Below, piece by piece: positions 63,801 to 64,000 of a DNA stretch of 64,000 nucleotides. The first letter of the stretch is position 1. Each line of letters opens with the position of its first letter. The DNA comes from an uncultured Phycisphaera sp. GTDB taxonomy: Bacteria; Planctomycetota; Phycisphaerae; UBA1845. The translations under genes and the position numbers were made by a program. The notes beneath the pieces are model-generated. The model was given only the letters and a program-made list of their open reading frames with translations. It did no database searches and was not told the origin of the DNA. Location: assembly GCA_964646605.1 (NCBI GenBank), contig CAZYEX010000053.1:14929-78928 (forward strand), in the 5' to 3' direction.

Positions 63801-64000
63801 CGCACGCACCGAACCGGCGAGCCCGCCGCGTAGTTGGCGAATTGGAACCCGATCCCGCCCCCGTCCTTCAGGTCGTCCAGCCCAATTCGCATGAGCACTT
63901 CCGCTTGCGAGGCCGCGGGCGTCGCATTGTTGAACACCCGCGTGGTGATCCACAGAAAGTCATCGGAAACGGTCAAGTCCGGAAAGTCCAGCCAGAACGC
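60818..64000 (-). CDS. Large secreted mosaic protein, 5' end outside the window: RWGDY-type domain, CARDB-like and I-set Ig domains, Kelch propeller, dockerin-like tail
   Basis: Frame open to the window edge; GNRWGDY; YQWRxNxxxL Ig repeats; MAYDSxRxxxVLFGG...TWEWxG Kelch repeats; FDFDGDGDVDMLDVAEFQKSF. Confidence 0.88.
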   Translation of the reverse strand, partial: AFWLDFPDLTVSDDFLWITTRVFNNATPAASQAEVLMRIGLDDLKDGGGIGFQFANYAAGSPVRCVRGAGDTAFCGQQQLLDEIRIHRWFEDSNEVAFDDVDHPDLTGGNFLCTGPGGRNYCQGADNRLLGAYRSNGELGFLRASAQNENFPYPYVDVIKVRESDRGYLTTEPMWSNQFALTYPSVHPNSGGGKGGVVAIGGGAEHPVPCVFIVDGYNNHTFAGTELVPAGTGTATPPAGNRWGDYFSTQLHWLDDRTYLSSGHYLNGPNAANVVPVSVWFGREADQPPGDFDLRSAFAVAASSYLHGESLDAGASVTNVGVGPVSVPLLEFRLSTDNNVTVGDTLLGATSVNLNGGAVGEAHVVKAIPEVASGDYFVGAFPLLYSDAFNGNHYAVSAGTVRICPNVAEHPATINVPACGTAAFHAASTGPDDMNFRWQYGLFDFEYLVDDIRTRGTSTDTMTIDRVFPFDGQVTYRALISNALCSPVATFAAGLHVIPPTASPIFGGGPHTVCQDATFDAVSNGIPAFMYQWRQNNVALADDDHRTGSQAEDLAFDGLLYSDNGQYTVRIANDCDSSTSNPVGLSVAYKPWTTAATTGPSYRYGPSMAYDSRRGVTVLFGGLYPDYSSFNRETWEWNGNTWTLRATNGPTARRDAGMAYDSDRGTCVLFGGLGVGSQSPYGFLDDTWEWDGNSWTQRVTTGPARRVGHGMVYDSTAKKTVLFSGFIDPPGGPFYAHDTWEFDGVAGTWIQISSGLPDLPPGGYVDVGAIAYDIARNKRFAFNGWLAPDFNWDMHTFEWDGAQWVRIFPANDPVYRNPGMYTGGAGIAYHQGRQTVIWNNGAYRLSDPIQVTWSFDGAAWKLLSHSDGPPRSAGGAIAYDSARNAIVQFGGGGPSGFVPGDTWELVDADRVEIVRQAKHRAVVSGQPVQFSVTAKGAPTHTYQWRRNGNNLNNGAVISGANTSVLRIGTATLAHPGEYDVVVTNDCGSVTSAVANLTVIITRFGDGDIDDDVDLVDADLLAGCTTGPDVERSPGCEPFDFDGDGDVDMLDVAEFQKSFDP

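Noticed and set aside
1-64000. CRISPR array, rRNA, integrase or transposase
   Set aside because: No regularly spaced repeat-spacer series or recognisable motifs seen by eye

Overview
High-GC bacterial chromosomal segment. The gene repertoire points to a Planctomycetota genome, most likely class Phycisphaerae (inference): prepilin/DUF1559-like and DUF1570 proteins, a BatA/VWA/DUF4175/NPCBM/triple-HtrA cluster, and many secreted mosaic proteins with dockerin-like or IPTL-CTERM tails. Housekeeping genes: lpxD, an M16 peptidase pair, a PhoD-family phosphatase, cdsA-phoH-7TM/HD-ybeY-CorC-like, a GT9 glycosyltransferase and mnmA. Accessory highlights: (1) a 6-kb tandem array of five paralogues sharing an 'FTYQGQL...NGLF...LDFG...PYA' module; the three intact copies are Sec-exported, phage-fibre-like proteins with different tips and two kinds of C-terminal intramolecular chaperone, one copy is truncated and one rearranged, and no phage genes are nearby; (2) a BatA/VWA operon interrupted by two cargo insertions, the first bracketed by a 32-bp direct repeat of the next gene's 5' end; (3) three tandem HtrA paralogues, only one with an intact catalytic triad; (4) a candidate structured sRNA with a T-loop-like arm, an unusually strong Shine-Dalgarno, a 9-codon ORF, switchable hairpins and a terminator; (5) at least three REP-like families with covarying stems, plus 7/8-mer tandem repeats, one block inserted in frame inside a CDS; (6) decayed gene remnants and a serine-less pseudo-esterase. 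No tRNA, rRNA, CRISPR array, integrase or transposase was recognised. All family assignments come from motif recognition by eye, not database searches.
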